Positions 36,587 through 49,500 of a DNA stretch of 58,711 nt are shown piece after piece. Made by a program: the position numbers and the translations under genes. The stretch is taken from contig JALAGF010002752.1 in NCBI GenBank assembly GCA_030167865.1, forward strand, positions 1 through 58,711. The letters are read 5' to 3'. The stretch is from Craspedostauros australis. Lineage: Eukaryota. The notes beneath the pieces were generated by a model. It made no database searches. It was not told the DNA's origin and was given only the letters and a program-made list of their open reading frames with translations. The stretch's first letter is position 1. Every line of letters starts with the position of its first letter.

Positions 36587-38074
36587 TCAGCAAGCAACAT
36601 CCAGCCGCTCCAACCGCTGGTACTCACGATCAATCTTCCCCAGCAGGTCCTTCTTCTTCTCCCAAGGATTGCGTCCGCCATTGAGCAAAGCGAAGGATTG
36701 CAACAGCAACGTCGTGATGCTGTGGACGCACTCGAGCTGCAACCATGGCCGTATTGATCCCAGCTCATGATCTTCGCCCTCATTTGCTGACACCGACCAC
36801 ATTTCGCGTGAGTAGGTATTCCACAACGCCTCGGCTTGTTCCAAATTCGCGCAAACCTTCCGGCCAAGCAACAGCAATTCAAACCTTGGATCTGCCCATG
36901 CCGCTTCTTCCCAATCCAACACAGAATGCAGAAAGATGCCCGCAGAGTCTGAGCTCGTAGATTCTCGCCCAAACATCAAGTTCTGTGGCTGAAGGTCCAT
37001 GTGCACCAGCACGTGCGGTAGCTTGGATATCATCGAACAATGCTCCTGCAACCGATGCACGGCTTCCTCGAGTTTGACCACGTAGTTGGAAAGGATCGTG
37101 CCTGGTATTGTTGTGGGCGTTGTCGCAGAGAGCGCCGTTGTGGATATCGCGGTCGTGACCGTGGAACTGTTGTTCTCTTTGGCAAGCATCGCAGTGTGCG
37201 GTTTCAACCTCTCGGCCACTGTTGTTGCGTACAGTCGGACCATGTCTGCGAAGCAAATGCCACCGGCGCCACCACGACCACCATCACCGCTCGCATCATT
37301 AGCATTATCATCCGGTTCTTCCTCCATCGTTGCCGCCGCTGCTGCCACCACGCGACGATGCAATGGAATGATGAACGCCCGCAGCACCATTAGAGCATAT
37401 TCCAACGCATCATCCACCGGCACGCGGCCCCACCTCGGATGAGGTTCTTCGAACCCAAATTCGTATCGTTGCAAAATCATGCCCTTCAGCCACGATTCAT
37501 CCCAAACGGCAACGTCGCCGTCATCGAATCTTGCGCATTGCGATCCGACGTATTCCAAGACGGCCCAATTCTTCGATGGTTCGTAGTGCAGTACTTGCGG
37601 AATGACGATGGTGCATCCGGCTGCCATTGATGTTGGCCGAAGATGATCTCCTTGATCTTGAGCCTGACGCTGGGTGTCAACAAATGCTCTTCTCGCTTGT
37701 CGATATCCATGAATCTCGGCCTTTGCAAGCTGCCCGATGTTATCATTCTGATGCAGATTCCACCACCGACATCCACCCAACCATTGCCGCACGACGATGT
37801 GGTTGCGACCGCGCTGCAACGCGCCCCTCCAATCGAACGCTGCGGCGACGTTGCCTTCCTTTCCGCGATGGATCGCAACAGACCCAGACTCAGCGAGATG
37901 AAGGATCCACACGCGTTGCTGTGCGGACTTGGCATGCTGAATGGAATCGATCATGTATCGGTTCTCCAGAATCTCATCGAGCTCATTGGCGATGTGCTGC
38001 GGAAGACCCTCTTCTGCTGTGGCGTTCGCACCATCGCACTCGACGTCGTCATTCTTCCTGTCCGCAGATGGCAT
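36587..38074 (-). CDS. APH/choline-kinase-like phosphotransferase
   Basis: Brenner-type motif LVHMDLQPQNLMF and VLDWEEA...DPRFEL; IPQVLHYE...AVLEYV. Confidence 0.82.
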   Translation of the reverse strand: MPSADRKNDDVECDGANATAEEGLPQHIANELDEILENRYMIDSIQHAKSAQQRVWILHLAESGSVAIHRGKEGNVAAAFDWRGALQRGRNHIVVRQWLGGCRWWNLHQNDNIGQLAKAEIHGYRQARRAFVDTQRQAQDQGDHLRPTSMAAGCTIVIPQVLHYEPSKNWAVLEYVGSQCARFDDGDVAVWDESWLKGMILQRYEFGFEEPHPRWGRVPVDDALEYALMVLRAFIIPLHRRVVAAAAATMEEEPDDNANDASGDGGRGGAGGICFADMVRLYATTVAERLKPHTAMLAKENNSSTVTTAISTTALSATTPTTIPGTILSNYVVKLEEAVHRLQEHCSMISKLPHVLVHMDLQPQNLMFGRESTSSDSAGIFLHSVLDWEEAAWADPRFELLLLGRKVCANLEQAEALWNTYSREMWSVSANEGEDHELGSIRPWLQLECVHSITTLLLQSFALLNGGRNPWEKKKDLLGKIDREYQRLERLDVAC

Positions 38075-38564
38075 GGTGGAAGCGCGCTATCCTCCACGTT
38101 CTCTATCTTCGATCCTCTATGATGTTATCTGATGTATTCTATGATGTATGATATTGCAAGGGAATGGAATACGACTGATGTGTTGTCGTATTAGTACATG
38201 CACTATTATATAATAGTATGGTCACCCAATCATGCCATGCAGACCATGTAGCAATTGCTTTGATCAGGCATCGAGTGGATCTTGTGGCGACTTCTGTGCA
38301 ACAGATTCCTCGCGCGGCAACCAGTGGAAGAAAACACGATTAGGTCTTTGCAAAACGAAGGCATCGAATTCATCTCAGCGTGTTTGGCAGTGCAATTGTT
38401 CATGAACAGGAGTTAAATCTCTCTCTCCGTTGGTGGAAGGAGAGTCTACTTGCAACATTCGATTCCGCAATTGCAGTCTGCTGTCTCGTTCGCGCCCTTC
38501 GCCTCTCTTTGTTCGGTACCTTGCTTCCCACATGCTGCAATCAAGACCTTGTAGCCAAACCTCT

Positions 38565-39843
38565 TCAGCGATTGTACCCTGGATTCCATGCTCTGAGTCT
38601 CAATAGTGCTTCCACGCAGTACCTGTCGGCATTCTCCTTGGCAGCTTCGTCAGGATCCAGACCGACCCACTTCCATTCCTCGCTGGTGTCATCGAGCTTG
38701 ATGTCTGCGCCCTCCTCTTCGAGCTCCACAAGAACAATTGGGTTGACGGTCTGGGTGCCCTTTTCCGTGTCCGTATCCCAGTGCGACGTCGGGAAGAAGG
38801 TGTTCCACACTCCGAGTACCTGGATTGGTTTGACTTTGGAGAGGCCAGTTTCCTGGATGGTCTTGCGCGTGGCCGCCGCGAAGAAGGTCTCACCCTGTTT
38901 GTTGGCAGCGCGCAGTAGTCGTGGCGAAAAGAGCGAAGATGGTAGAGCAGAGTCAGACGCAGAGTCGGTTTACGAGTAGCGTCCAGAAGATTTTCCATCG
39001 CATTCAAGTGAGAAATGAGAGAGCATCACGGGCTGACAACGTTGAATGCGGCAGCGCGTTGCCAACATGGGAACGGCGTTATCTCGTAACCGCGCAACCA
39101 GAGAGCCACGGACGAAGGTGCGAGTCGACAAGAAGAGGAGTGGGAGCTGCGATCCGTGCCCGTCTCTGACCAATCGTCGGCACGCCGCCGTTCAACGATG
39201 GCACCACGGTGGAACGACAGCCACAATACACTTCAATCATCCACATACCTTCAGTAGACGTCCGCCAGGCAACCACCAAAGGCCCTTGGCAGGTTCCGTC
39301 CCGCGCAGCACTGTAAGAAATTCCTTCCGATTGTTCTTGGCAGGGTTGACGCGGACGATCAAGGAATCGACGCAGCAGATGACGCAATCCCTCACCATGC
39401 GACCGTACAGATCGGATGGCAGGAATTTGCGTGATTTCGTGATGGTCGTTAGTGCTTTCTCGTCGCCGTAGAATAGCGAAAGATCATTGCCTTCGACGAT
39501 GGCGCCGGCTATTGTCATTGTCGTCGTCATTGTCGTCGTCAGTATTGTTGTCATTGGTTGCCGCCGCCCATTGATGTGAGCCGTGATGTTGATTTGTGAG
39601 GAACGATGGCGACAATGAGCGTTTGTGTTAGGTGAGTTGGGCGTTTGTCGTCATTGTCATCGTCGTTGTCATTGTCAACTTTACAACCAGCGGCAGCCAT
39701 TGCGGAGTGCTCACATGCAACACAACCGTGCTCGTACCATTCTTGCGGTCCTCACGCTTGGCGAACAGCTTGTTGACGATGGCCAACGAGGCCGCGCCTG
39801 CCAGGAAGGATGCAACTATCACCGCGGTGCTGTCTTTCGTCAT
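38565..39843 (-). CDS. Nudix hydrolase, GDP-mannose mannosyl hydrolase-like, with N-terminal hydrophobic anchor; exons 39843-39738, 39508-39249, 38894-38565 (about 231 aa)
   Basis: FLPSDLYGRMVR...CVD...EPAKGLWWLPGGRLLK|GETFFAAATRKTIQETGL...GVWNTFF parallels the Gmm/NudD layout. Both introns are GT-AG and phase-compatible. Confidence 0.85.
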
Positions 39844-40216
39844 GCTGGGGCCTACGCGTACTCGTATTGTGATGAGGGAGGTATTGGTGGCCTTGCGCTG
39901 TTGTTGGCGGTGCATTGATGGTCCCAATACGATCATTTCGCACCAAGGAAGACTCACCATCGTCAGCGCTTCCGCCACACCAAAGAGAAGCAAACTTGGT
40001 GCTGCTGGCATCGTGACCGAGGAAGAACATTTTCTCCAGTTTCGGTGATTTGTCGGAGAACAAATCCGCGTTCTTCGAGCGAAAGTCTAGGATGAAACGA
40101 GGATAGAGGGCAGCGTTTTCGCGGTGTTAGCCTATGTGCCACGCTCGTCGCCAAGCTTCAGCTCGTTAAATACGTTAAGACTCTGACCATGCTTAATGAA
40201 GACTGCACCCGGCACT

Positions 40217-40258
40217 TGACACATGACACCTGACACCTGACACCTGACACCTGACACT
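40217..40258. repeat. 7-bp tandem repeat TGACAC(C) x6
   Basis: tgacaca tgacacc tgacacc tgacacc tgacacc tgacact. Confidence 0.9.
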
Positions 40259-40425
40259 GTGACAGTAGAAGTCGATGCAACTGGAATAGTGTTCTGAAAG
40301 TGTTATCGGTACAAGGTAGGGAACAACAGGAATATGGAATAGAACACTATTAAATGTATTTTACAATACAATATTCGCACTGGCACGGATAGCATGTGCA
40401 ACATCTTCTCTTGGCATGCCTCTCT

Positions 40426-41661
40426 TTACGCAGCTGCGTTACAAATGACTGTGTGCTGCAAGTCGTGATTGGAGATCTTGGAGAGCGTGCCTGGGAATGA
40501 TGGAGCCTGCTTGCTCTGTGCTGTCGACTTTCCGGGCCTGGCATTCGGGTTGGTTTGCTTATTCTCTACTCGTACCTTGTGTGGCTGGTCTGTGCCACAT
40601 TCATCAAATTCGTGTTTAAGCATAGAATGGATGGTGGAATCACCCAGCGACCTGTCATCATCTTCGACCTTTAGTGCGGCGGCATGGTTTGCGTTCGTGA
40701 TGGATTCGTCGCATCCTCTCGCTCTCACGATTGAGGAGCGGATGGGAGCAGAAGCTGATGGTGCTCCTGGTGCTGCTGGTATTCTTATGGTTGCTGTGCA
40801 GAATGGGGATGTTGGCGCCGCGTAGGAGAAGCCGGCGATGTAAGACTTGATGGCAACGCGATCCTTGCGTCCCATCTCTGCCGCGATTTCTTGGCAGTCG
40901 TATGAAACCTCGAAGTGGTATAGATTGGCGATTCTTTCCGGCTGGCAGACGCCATTCTTCCATTGGTTTGCCTGCTCTTCGAGGATGAGGCTGTATGCTA
41001 GATCGCGGTTGTAGTGGACCTCCGCCCAGCGTGCCCCCAGCAGCTTTTCCAGGCCTCGCATGCAGTACTTTTTCTTTCGTTGCGTTGGTGTTTTGGAGGA
41101 GCTGGATGCGGAGTCATGGTTGCTGCTGCTGCAGGTGCTATCGTCGTTGTGCCTTTGGTGATGATGCTGACCGTGCTCATTCTCCCATCTCTGCAACAGA
41201 CGTTCGTACTTGTATGAGATCCGGTCGTACTCTTCTGCCGAATACCAGCAGTCGGCGATCTCTTCCTCGGTGTAATCATGCCGGGATATCGTTTCGCACA
41301 CCTCGTTGCAGGGTGCAAAGCGGAGAATCATGCGTGGTCGTTCAGCGACGGTCGCTGCTGCTGCTGCTTCGGCTGCCGATGAAGTTGAGAAGATATCGCT
41401 AGCCATGCTCATGCTTATGGACGTGTCGTCGTCGCTACGGTGGCTGTTGGTTGACCGCTGGCTGCGGCTTGCCTTCTTCTTTCGGAGTTGCTTCAAGGCC
41501 AAGTTGAACTGGAGCTGGTGAACGGCCTTCTTCCACTGACCAAGCTGTGGGAATCTGACCTTCTTCCCACCAGTTCCGTCTGCTTGGCTTTGTTGTTGTT
41601 GTTGTCGCAGAGGCAATCTTTGCTGCTGGCTGTGGTTGGCGCGTGGTTTGAGGAAGTTCAT
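40426..41661 (-). CDS. Diatom-type orphan family protein of unknown function
   Basis: Motif series LRF...ISRHDYTEEEIADCWYSAEEY...CMRGLE...ILEEQ..Q...IANLY..VS...AAEMG..D, recalled as a large diatom-restricted family. Confidence 0.7.
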   Translation of the reverse strand: MNFLKPRANHSQQQRLPLRQQQQQSQADGTGGKKVRFPQLGQWKKAVHQLQFNLALKQLRKKKASRSQRSTNSHRSDDDTSISMSMASDIFSTSSAAEAAAAATVAERPRMILRFAPCNEVCETISRHDYTEEEIADCWYSAEEYDRISYKYERLLQRWENEHGQHHHQRHNDDSTCSSSNHDSASSSSKTPTQRKKKYCMRGLEKLLGARWAEVHYNRDLAYSLILEEQANQWKNGVCQPERIANLYHFEVSYDCQEIAAEMGRKDRVAIKSYIAGFSYAAPTSPFCTATIRIPAAPGAPSASAPIRSSIVRARGCDESITNANHAAALKVEDDDRSLGDSTIHSMLKHEFDECGTDQPHKVRVENKQTNPNARPGKSTAQSKQAPSFPGTLSKISNHDLQHTVICNAAA

Positions 41662-41810
41662 GGTTGCTATCGTAGTGTACGAATATGATAGGTTGTTGTG
41701 GAATGAGCGTGTGTGTGGATTTTATGACTTCAAGTGTGGGTGTTGCTCTTCTTACTGTGAGGTATAGTAGTCGGTATGCTTGGTTTGCTGTGTTGTGTTT
41801 TGTTGTGTTC

Positions 41811-41860
41811 GTTGGTTGGTTGGTTGGTTGGTTGGTTGGTTGGTTGGTTGGTTGGTTGGT
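41811..41860. repeat. (GTTG)n microsatellite
   Basis: About 12 perfect tetranucleotide units. Confidence 0.95.
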
Positions 41861-42515
41861 TTTTGCTTGATGGTGCTCTGAATTTGTGAGCGTTCGGTGG
41901 TGACGGAAAACCATCACGAGAGCTTTTCAACTCGACACCAGCCAGATTCGCAAAACACCACATGATTGTTCTGGATCGGTTGCAGCAAGAGCAATGAGCC
42001 ACATCATGCTTCACGCATGCGAGGGTGCAAGTACTCTGCGCCGCTACGAGCGTTCCGACATTCCAGTACTCTATCCACGATGCCTATCTCTTTCGTTGTC
42101 GCCGTCGTTGATGTCGTCACCATCGTCATCATGGTCGAGAATAAAAAAGACAACAATCCGGTCGCCAGTGGCCGAGACCCGAGCGAAAGCCCAAAGAACT
42201 GTTCGTGGAAATCACGTCAACGCCGAAAGGATTTTCCTTTCGTGGCTGCAACCAACGTTGTGGAGGATGGGCATTGCTTTGTGCACGAGCTATGGTATGG
42301 GGGAGTGGGCACTTCCATCACAGTCTAGGCCTTTCCAAGAGAATAACGTTGTTTTGGAATGGACATGAGGGCGAGACCTCGGGCATTTGCGCGATGCGGA
42401 TGGCTTCGTGTTTGTATCAGCGCTTCTTCCCGATGTGGTCTTGGTCGCTGATTCTCCACAGCGCCTCGACACGGACAGATTGATTGGAGCATTCGACGCT
42501 ACGCTCGTCGTATCT

Positions 42516-42540
42516 AGAGAGAGAGAGAGAGAGAGAGAGA
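42516..42540. repeat. (AG)n microsatellite
   Basis: Direct observation. Confidence 0.9.
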
Positions 42541-44055
42541 CAACTCTATGTCCACGTGCGTGCACCTCTGCGACAATAATGTATTCAAAAAGATCGTTTG
42601 ACAAAGGAGCTGCACCAGCGGCCGTTCAAGGGCGATATACAGTCCCAGCTACCATATATGGTGGAGAGCAACGAGGGAGGAGAAGGGGTCCAGGCTATCT
42701 CTTTCCAGAACTCCAAGCAGATGGTTTCGTTGCATAATAGAGCAGTCCACGATCGTACTCGTATCCTGTACCGCGCCGCATTGTGTGTAGACCACGAGTA
42801 GAGAGGCATGGGGGCTGTGAACACGGCATTGCGCACTATTGAGCAGTGAAGAGGTGACTATACTATTATGCATCATGACTCAAGCCCATTCGCAGCACCA
42901 AAGCGCTCGATACCGACCTTTCACCCAATCATCCAACACAGGAACATCGCCGAGCACTTGACTGGTGATGCATGTCGCAAAGCATCTGCCAGCGGCGATG
43001 GGCGCTTCTGCGGATTAGCGCGTAGCGTAGTCTCCCTCCAGAGTTGCCCCTTGGCTGTGTCCCACTATGCTCTTGTTCCGCAACCAAAACGCACATGGTA
43101 CCGAGGGCGGAATATTGAACATCGCAGCGACCGCCGCTGTCGCTGCCACAATCTCCGCCGCCAACACCATGGATACACTACACTGTTACACTCGATTGCG
43201 TTGTATTATATATTACATGCTACTTTCCCGCTCCAGGATCAGCGAGCGCCATTGGCCCTTGTCTCCGCTCTTCTCCTCAATTCATCTGGCCTGTCGTCCG
43301 AGCTGCCGTCCGCTTCTCTTTGGTCGATGGAGCGTCGGACTTCCACTATTTCGTACGCATTACTATAGTGTGCCATCCAACTGCATTGCGCCAATAGATG
43401 TAGAGTGGGGCAGAGCAATTTGAATGGCTCTTTTTGGCATTGGCCGGAAATGGTCTATTCGCTCCTTCCGGTGTTGGACATGAACAAGCTCCAATTCTAT
43501 CCTGGTCCTTTTGTCTTCGCCAGGTTCGCCTTTGATCCAAGCGCAGTCGTGGTCCAGACTTGCAGAAATGATCCGCGTTCTGCCAATAGGCTGATCTGCG
43601 AACAATAGTTGTGGAGCCATGAACACAAAGATGTGCCCTCCAAGGAGAGACGCTCCCAAAGGATGATCGTTCCGCTTCCGTGACGGAGGCCCACACACTG
43701 TCAGGCACGTTTCCATCTGGAGTTGCGGTTTTCTCCATTTTCGGGCAACTGTTTTTTGGCGCGAAGATCCAACGTCCACGTCTCGCCTCCCGTAAACGGA
43801 CACACCATCCTGTTTGACGGACAAGCCCATAACCCATCCCATCATCCAACGAAAAAAGCGAACACGGTTGTCAACTCGAACACGATTCCTGCGACCGATC
43901 CAAAGAAACAACTTCCGAGGAGGAGGAAGATGGCGTGTGAATGGATGAACGAGTGGAGGGAGAGAGCTGGGGGGAAGTTGGATCCCTCGTGGCAGCGACG
44001 GCGACGGCGATAGCGATGAAACTGACGTGTAGCATCGGCATACGAGGACACGATC

Positions 44056-45489
44056 ATGACCGTCTCCGCAACTTCAACTGCAACGGCAGACGCAACTGGA
44101 ACTGGAATCACGGTGGGTGTCACCGGAGATGCTGCGCCGACAACATTTGAAAGCAAGGAGGCATCGCTACGAACCTTCTTGAAATCCAAACCAAGGAATG
44201 GCAAGGTTACCGCAGAGTTGGCAACGCTATTGACGGAGCATTCCAAGCTGACAAGCAACGATGCCTTACGCACGGAAGCCAGAGAACTTGCCAGACGTTC
44301 CATCGAGGTGGCGCCGCATCGTCCCTTCGGGTATGTGGCACTTTCGGTGGCATCCACGCAACACGAGGAACGCATGCAGGCACTGCACGATGCCATCCAG
44401 CGGTCACAAGAGCATATGATCCCACGCACAGGATTTTGGATCCGGTTGTTCATAGAGCCAAGAGACGAAGACGCACGTCGATGCAATGGCAGACTATCCA
44501 AGACTTCCTCGAATCATCCATCACGCAAGCAGATATCTACGCAGGAGTACGACATCTACAAGACCATCAAGGCGGGGTTGCTCGAGATCTTCGAGACGCT
44601 GTCAGAGATGGACGCGGCGCAAAAAGAGTTCGTCGGCAAGTACGAGTACCGGCTGGGCCTGTTCTTTCGCAAATTGGAGCCCTCCGTGATCAACCGACCG
44701 CGCTCGCAGCGCCATTTCGAAAAATGCATTGCCTACGGCTGCAAAAATTCAGAAATTGCCAAATTCTGGTTGGGGACCATGATGGGATCGATTGGCATTG
44801 CAGGTGGTGGGACTGGGAACGACGTCGACGGTGCGATACAAAAGTGTCCCGCCGAGTACGTGGTTGGGTTGTACTCAACATTTGCTGCCAACTTTGATGA
44901 GCTGCTAGTGGAGAAATTGAACTACCAGACGCCAACCAAGTTGCGGGAGTTGCTGGACGAGACAATGCAAGGATCCACGATCACAGCAGCGCAAGCGCTG
45001 GATCTGGGCTGCGGCACCGGATTGTCAGGATTGGCATTCGCCGAGGTGGTTTCCGACCATCTTGTGGGAATCGACCTGTCCCCCGAAATGATCGCCAAGG
45101 CCAAGGAAAAGAGATGCTACGACGAGTTGCAAGTCGGTGATGTGGTCGATGCCTTGAGCGGACGGACGCGGTACGATCTGATCTTCGCATGCGACGTGTT
45201 CGTCTACATCGGTGATCTGGACGCAACATTCGAAGGCGCCGCGCGATCGCTGACCCCACCGCACGCAGTCTTCTGCTTTTCCACTGAACTGATGCAGGAG
45301 TCGGCTGTGGACGAGCGGCCGTTCAAGTTGCACGCGAACGCGCGATTCGCGCACAAGCGGAGCTATCTGGAAACGTTGGCATCCAGGCATGGATTCACGG
45401 TGCTGGCGATGAAGCGATCCACAATCCGCAAGAACGGCGGGAAGCCCGTGGCAGGTCTCCTTGCGATCCTCGCACTCGCTCCACAGTGA
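44056..45489 (+). CDS. Class I SAM-dependent methyltransferase with helical/TPR-like N-terminus (COG4976-like)
   Basis: CPAEYVVGLYSTFAANFDELLVEKLNYQTP, ALDLGCGTGLSG, GIDLSPEMIAKA, DVFVYIGDL, RFAH. Confidence 0.88.
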   Translation: MTVSATSTATADATGTGITVGVTGDAAPTTFESKEASLRTFLKSKPRNGKVTAELATLLTEHSKLTSNDALRTEARELARRSIEVAPHRPFGYVALSVASTQHEERMQALHDAIQRSQEHMIPRTGFWIRLFIEPRDEDARRCNGRLSKTSSNHPSRKQISTQEYDIYKTIKAGLLEIFETLSEMDAAQKEFVGKYEYRLGLFFRKLEPSVINRPRSQRHFEKCIAYGCKNSEIAKFWLGTMMGSIGIAGGGTGNDVDGAIQKCPAEYVVGLYSTFAANFDELLVEKLNYQTPTKLRELLDETMQGSTITAAQALDLGCGTGLSGLAFAEVVSDHLVGIDLSPEMIAKAKEKRCYDELQVGDVVDALSGRTRYDLIFACDVFVYIGDLDATFEGAARSLTPPHAVFCFSTELMQESAVDERPFKLHANARFAHKRSYLETLASRHGFTVLAMKRSTIRKNGGKPVAGLLAILALAPQ

Positions 45490-46524
45490 GGATATTCAAA
45501 AGAGATATGATGACGACGACCGGGGAGTATGCCTTTGCTGAGGGGGAAGGCAAACGTGCCGGGTTTCTCACACGTATTGGTTGATAGGACTGTGAGCAGG
45601 ACCTGCAATGCAAACCTGCTATTATGGTATCGATCTACTGTGTGGTGCAATCAGTGATCATCTCTTCATCTCTCAACCATACTCGCACATATGATACCTC
45701 GTAGCCGTTACCTGGTTCTCTTTGCGTGCTGACTCCAATCATCTGCTTTTTCGCTTTGGTTCTGGTTCTGATTTTGGATCTGGGTTTGGATTTTGAATTT
45801 GTGAGGCTGGCGATGTCCGGATCATGGGTTGGACTGGATAGATCGCACGAGTGTCCGCAGCGACAGCGTAGCGTTCGCATGCGCTAAATGACACGGTTTA
45901 CAAGTGATTATCATCCAATCAGTGTTGACCAATCAAAAGCACTGAAATCATGCCACTTATGGTCCCAAAAAACACGCACAACCGGACAGACTGCGTTCCT
46001 GCTCACACAGCCACAATTTTGGCGCCACGCCAGAACCATCGGCTTTGTCCGTCTGGAGCTGCGACAAGGAGACGACACGTAGGCGAAGAGCAGCAAACAG
46101 AGAGCGGGACGCCAAGAAACAAAGGAGAGTGAAGCAAAACTTGCAACAAACAAGGGGCAGCAACAACAACACGAAGACGAAGGAGCCACGAAGAGAAACA
46201 AGAAATCAGCCCACGACAACAACAGCAACAGCAGCAACGGCAGTAATCAATAGAACAAGAGGGCAGCTCTCTCCTCTTCCCTTTTGCCTTCCTCCTCCTC
46301 CTTGTTGCCTCTCTTTTTGTCTTGTCTCGATTCGTATCCCTGCGATCAAGAAGCAAGCAACCCCAGCACAGCAGCAAGGATCCCAGATACACCCAGGTGC
46401 AACCAAATACAATAGAGCATAACCAAATATAACATAATACATCCCAAGACGAGCCATCAACAGCTCCCCCCAACACAAGCCACCGCACATGATTGAGGCA
46501 CCGTATCGGAGCAGCATCTGAGGG

Positions 46525-49500
46525 ATGTCTTCCACGAGAAACAAGCGCAAACGGCCTGAAAACGATGGTGCTGGGCCGTCAAACAATAGCGTGTCCCGCC
46601 GAAGTCGAACGCGCGCAGATCGCGCGGCCAATTCAGCCGACACCTCCGACAAAAACGCCGCCGCGCAACCCCAAACACAAGCGCAAGCACAAATGCCGCA
46701 GACATCAGCTCCTGTGTCAGCATCTACATTTACATCCATGTCTACGCCTGCGCCTACATCTACATCACCACCATCCTCTTCGTCGACGGCTGCGACTGCA
46801 CATGCAACCATACACACAGCAGGCAATACGAACGGAGCGAGCGCAGCGGCAGACTCCAAGCCTTCCGGCGATGTGCAATCGGGAGCATCATCAGCGGCAG
46901 CAACATCAGCGGCAGCCGCGCAACTGCAGTCACGAACACCGACTTCAGCGGCGGCGCCAGTATCCGCACCAGCTCGGACAGCAGCTGTGCAATCGCAACA
47001 CCAACACCAACAGCAGCCAGCCCAATCTGCCAGTCTCAATGTGACTGCGAAGTCAACGCCAGCTTCAGCCATGAAGGCAGTCACTGCCCCAGCAGCAGCA
47101 GCAGTTGCAAGATCATCCGAACAGGAAGTCAAAGCGTTGCCAAAGACAGAAACAAAGCCAGCAACAGCGTCGACGGAGGCAGCAAATTCCACCAACCTTC
47201 AGCCAGTGGCAACCAAAGGACGCAATCAAACGAAAGCAGCCGCAACGAGTGAAACAGATCAGAATGATTCAGTGGTGAAGAGCGCGCAGCCACAAATAGC
47301 CGCAGTGTCTGTCCCTGCTCCATCGACAGGAGGAATTGTTGCAAGTACAACACAGCAGGCGACGCAGCAGGCGACGCAGCAGGTACAAATGTCGAATAGC
47401 AGAGAGGCCAGAATTCGCGCGATTGTTGCACACAGACGGATGCTACTAAACCGAATGATGCTATGCCGAGAGGTCTCGCAGAGACGATTGGATGAGAATG
47501 CGAAAGGGGTCGCCCCATCCAATGTCACGACAACCTCTGTGACGGAAGATATCGCTATGTGGAAAGATCTCACGAAAAAGGCTTCCACCAGTCTCAAGAG
47601 GGGTCGGTCGGAGGACGGTCTTGCAGAAAAGCGGACGTCGTTGTCATTGAGAAGGGGTGCGAGTGTTGGCAAACGCATGAATGCTGCTCTCTCCTCGCTT
47701 GCTCCAGGGACGTCTTCGACCAGTATCACGACTGGCACCAGCTCGTCACAACCAGCGACAAGTGCGGTATCCAAACTGACCGGGACAGCGCAGAGGCATC
47801 AACCTTCAGCATCATCCAAGACGACCTTGAAGACGTCCACCTCCATGCAAGCGCTCAAGGTTGGCAGCAGCAGCAGCAGCATCATCCCGCAAGCGGTGAC
47901 TCCGAAGGCGATGCGGAAAGCAGCTTCAACTACCATCCTCAGCAGCAAAGCGTCAGGCAACAAAGCAGCGGGTGGATCCACAAAGCAGGACAAACAGCAG
48001 GGAGCACGGGTCACAAAGTCAGCATCGAACACAAAGCTATCCACGACATCGTCTCAGAAGGATTTGCAAATCATGCCGCAGCACGCCACAGCAGCACCAT
48101 CAACATTGCCTCAGAATTTGCTCGCGGAGCCGCCAGTCATCTTTCCGGAGGCCATCGCATTGCGCGAAAAGCGGGAACAAATTCTCGCCAAGCTCGGTCG
48201 TCTCATGGTCAAGCAGCAGCAGCAGAGAGACGTAGATGGACTGCTTTATGTTGATCGCAATGGCAATCCAATACCACACCCAGGGCCACCAACAGCTACA
48301 TCAACGGCAGCAACTGCACAGGGGAATCGGAAATCGACGGCGACAGCATCGTCAGCCACATCTGCGACGACAGCAGCACGATCGCATCACATGTCATCCG
48401 CATCGGCAAGAAATTTGGCGCATCTGGGCACAGCTACAGAGCCAGCACGGTTACCGGCACGACGAAAGACGCATTGGGATACCCTGCTGCAGGAAATGAG
48501 ATGGATGGCGACTGACTTCATCGAAGAGCGCAAATGGAAACACGTGGCAGCGAGATCATTGGGGAAGCATCTCTCGAAGCATCCTCACTTCACCACCAAA
48601 CCATCGGCACCTTCAACACCCATGCCAAGCACACTCGAATCGCCACAACCATCGATACGCAACGACGCCAACGGGAGCACGACGCGCGCCGCCACAGCAA
48701 CTCCAACCAAAATGCAGGATCGCGAAGATCTGGCTCGCACAGCATCTGCATCAGAAGTATATCCCCCGCCCACCGACAGCGATAGGACGGAAGCTCAGAC
48801 AGTTGCCAAGAACATAGCCGCGATGATGGATGAATTCGTTGGAGCCATGAAGAACGCTGGTTTTGCGCCGAGAAGCGATGAAGCGTACAGACAAGCCTTC
48901 CGTGAATACCACAGCCGCATTGGAAAACCGCTCCCGGATGTCGACGTCAATGCCGATTCAGAGGATAGCGAACATGGCAGTCGAAATGGCAACGCCAACG
49001 ACGATGACCAAAGTGACGACAACAAAAGCAAGGAATCCGATGACATGGACATTGACAACTCCTCGTTGGAGAGCGAAGACGACAACGCAGATGGCGATGC
49101 CGCCGTTGAACAAAAGGAGCTTTCACTGGAGGAAATATCAGACAACATCGAGAAGGTCATCGAAGGTCCAGTTGACAGCCGATCACGATCATCCTCCAAG
49201 GGTGAGAAGCTGAAAGTATTCGATACGGATAGCTTCAGCCTCTACGCAGGTCAAAAGGAGGCCATCCAAATACTGGAGGAGCTGTGGGGGCGGACGGAGC
49301 ATACACCTGGCGGTGTTCTGGCAGGACCGGCGTCCTCCGGAAAGACAATAGCGACGTGTACCTTGCTTTGGAAGCAACGCGCCCATGGTCCACAAGTGCT
49401 TGTGTGTCCCGCATCCAGCGTGGTAAGTTATGAATACGTACTAGTATGGGAACAGCGACGAAGATGACGACACCGCGGCGACGTGAACCGATGTACGTTG

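Noticed and set aside
42560-43910. Possible pseudogene or transposon fragments in the intergenic region
   Set aside because: Short ORFs with no recognisable domain, TIR or LTR.
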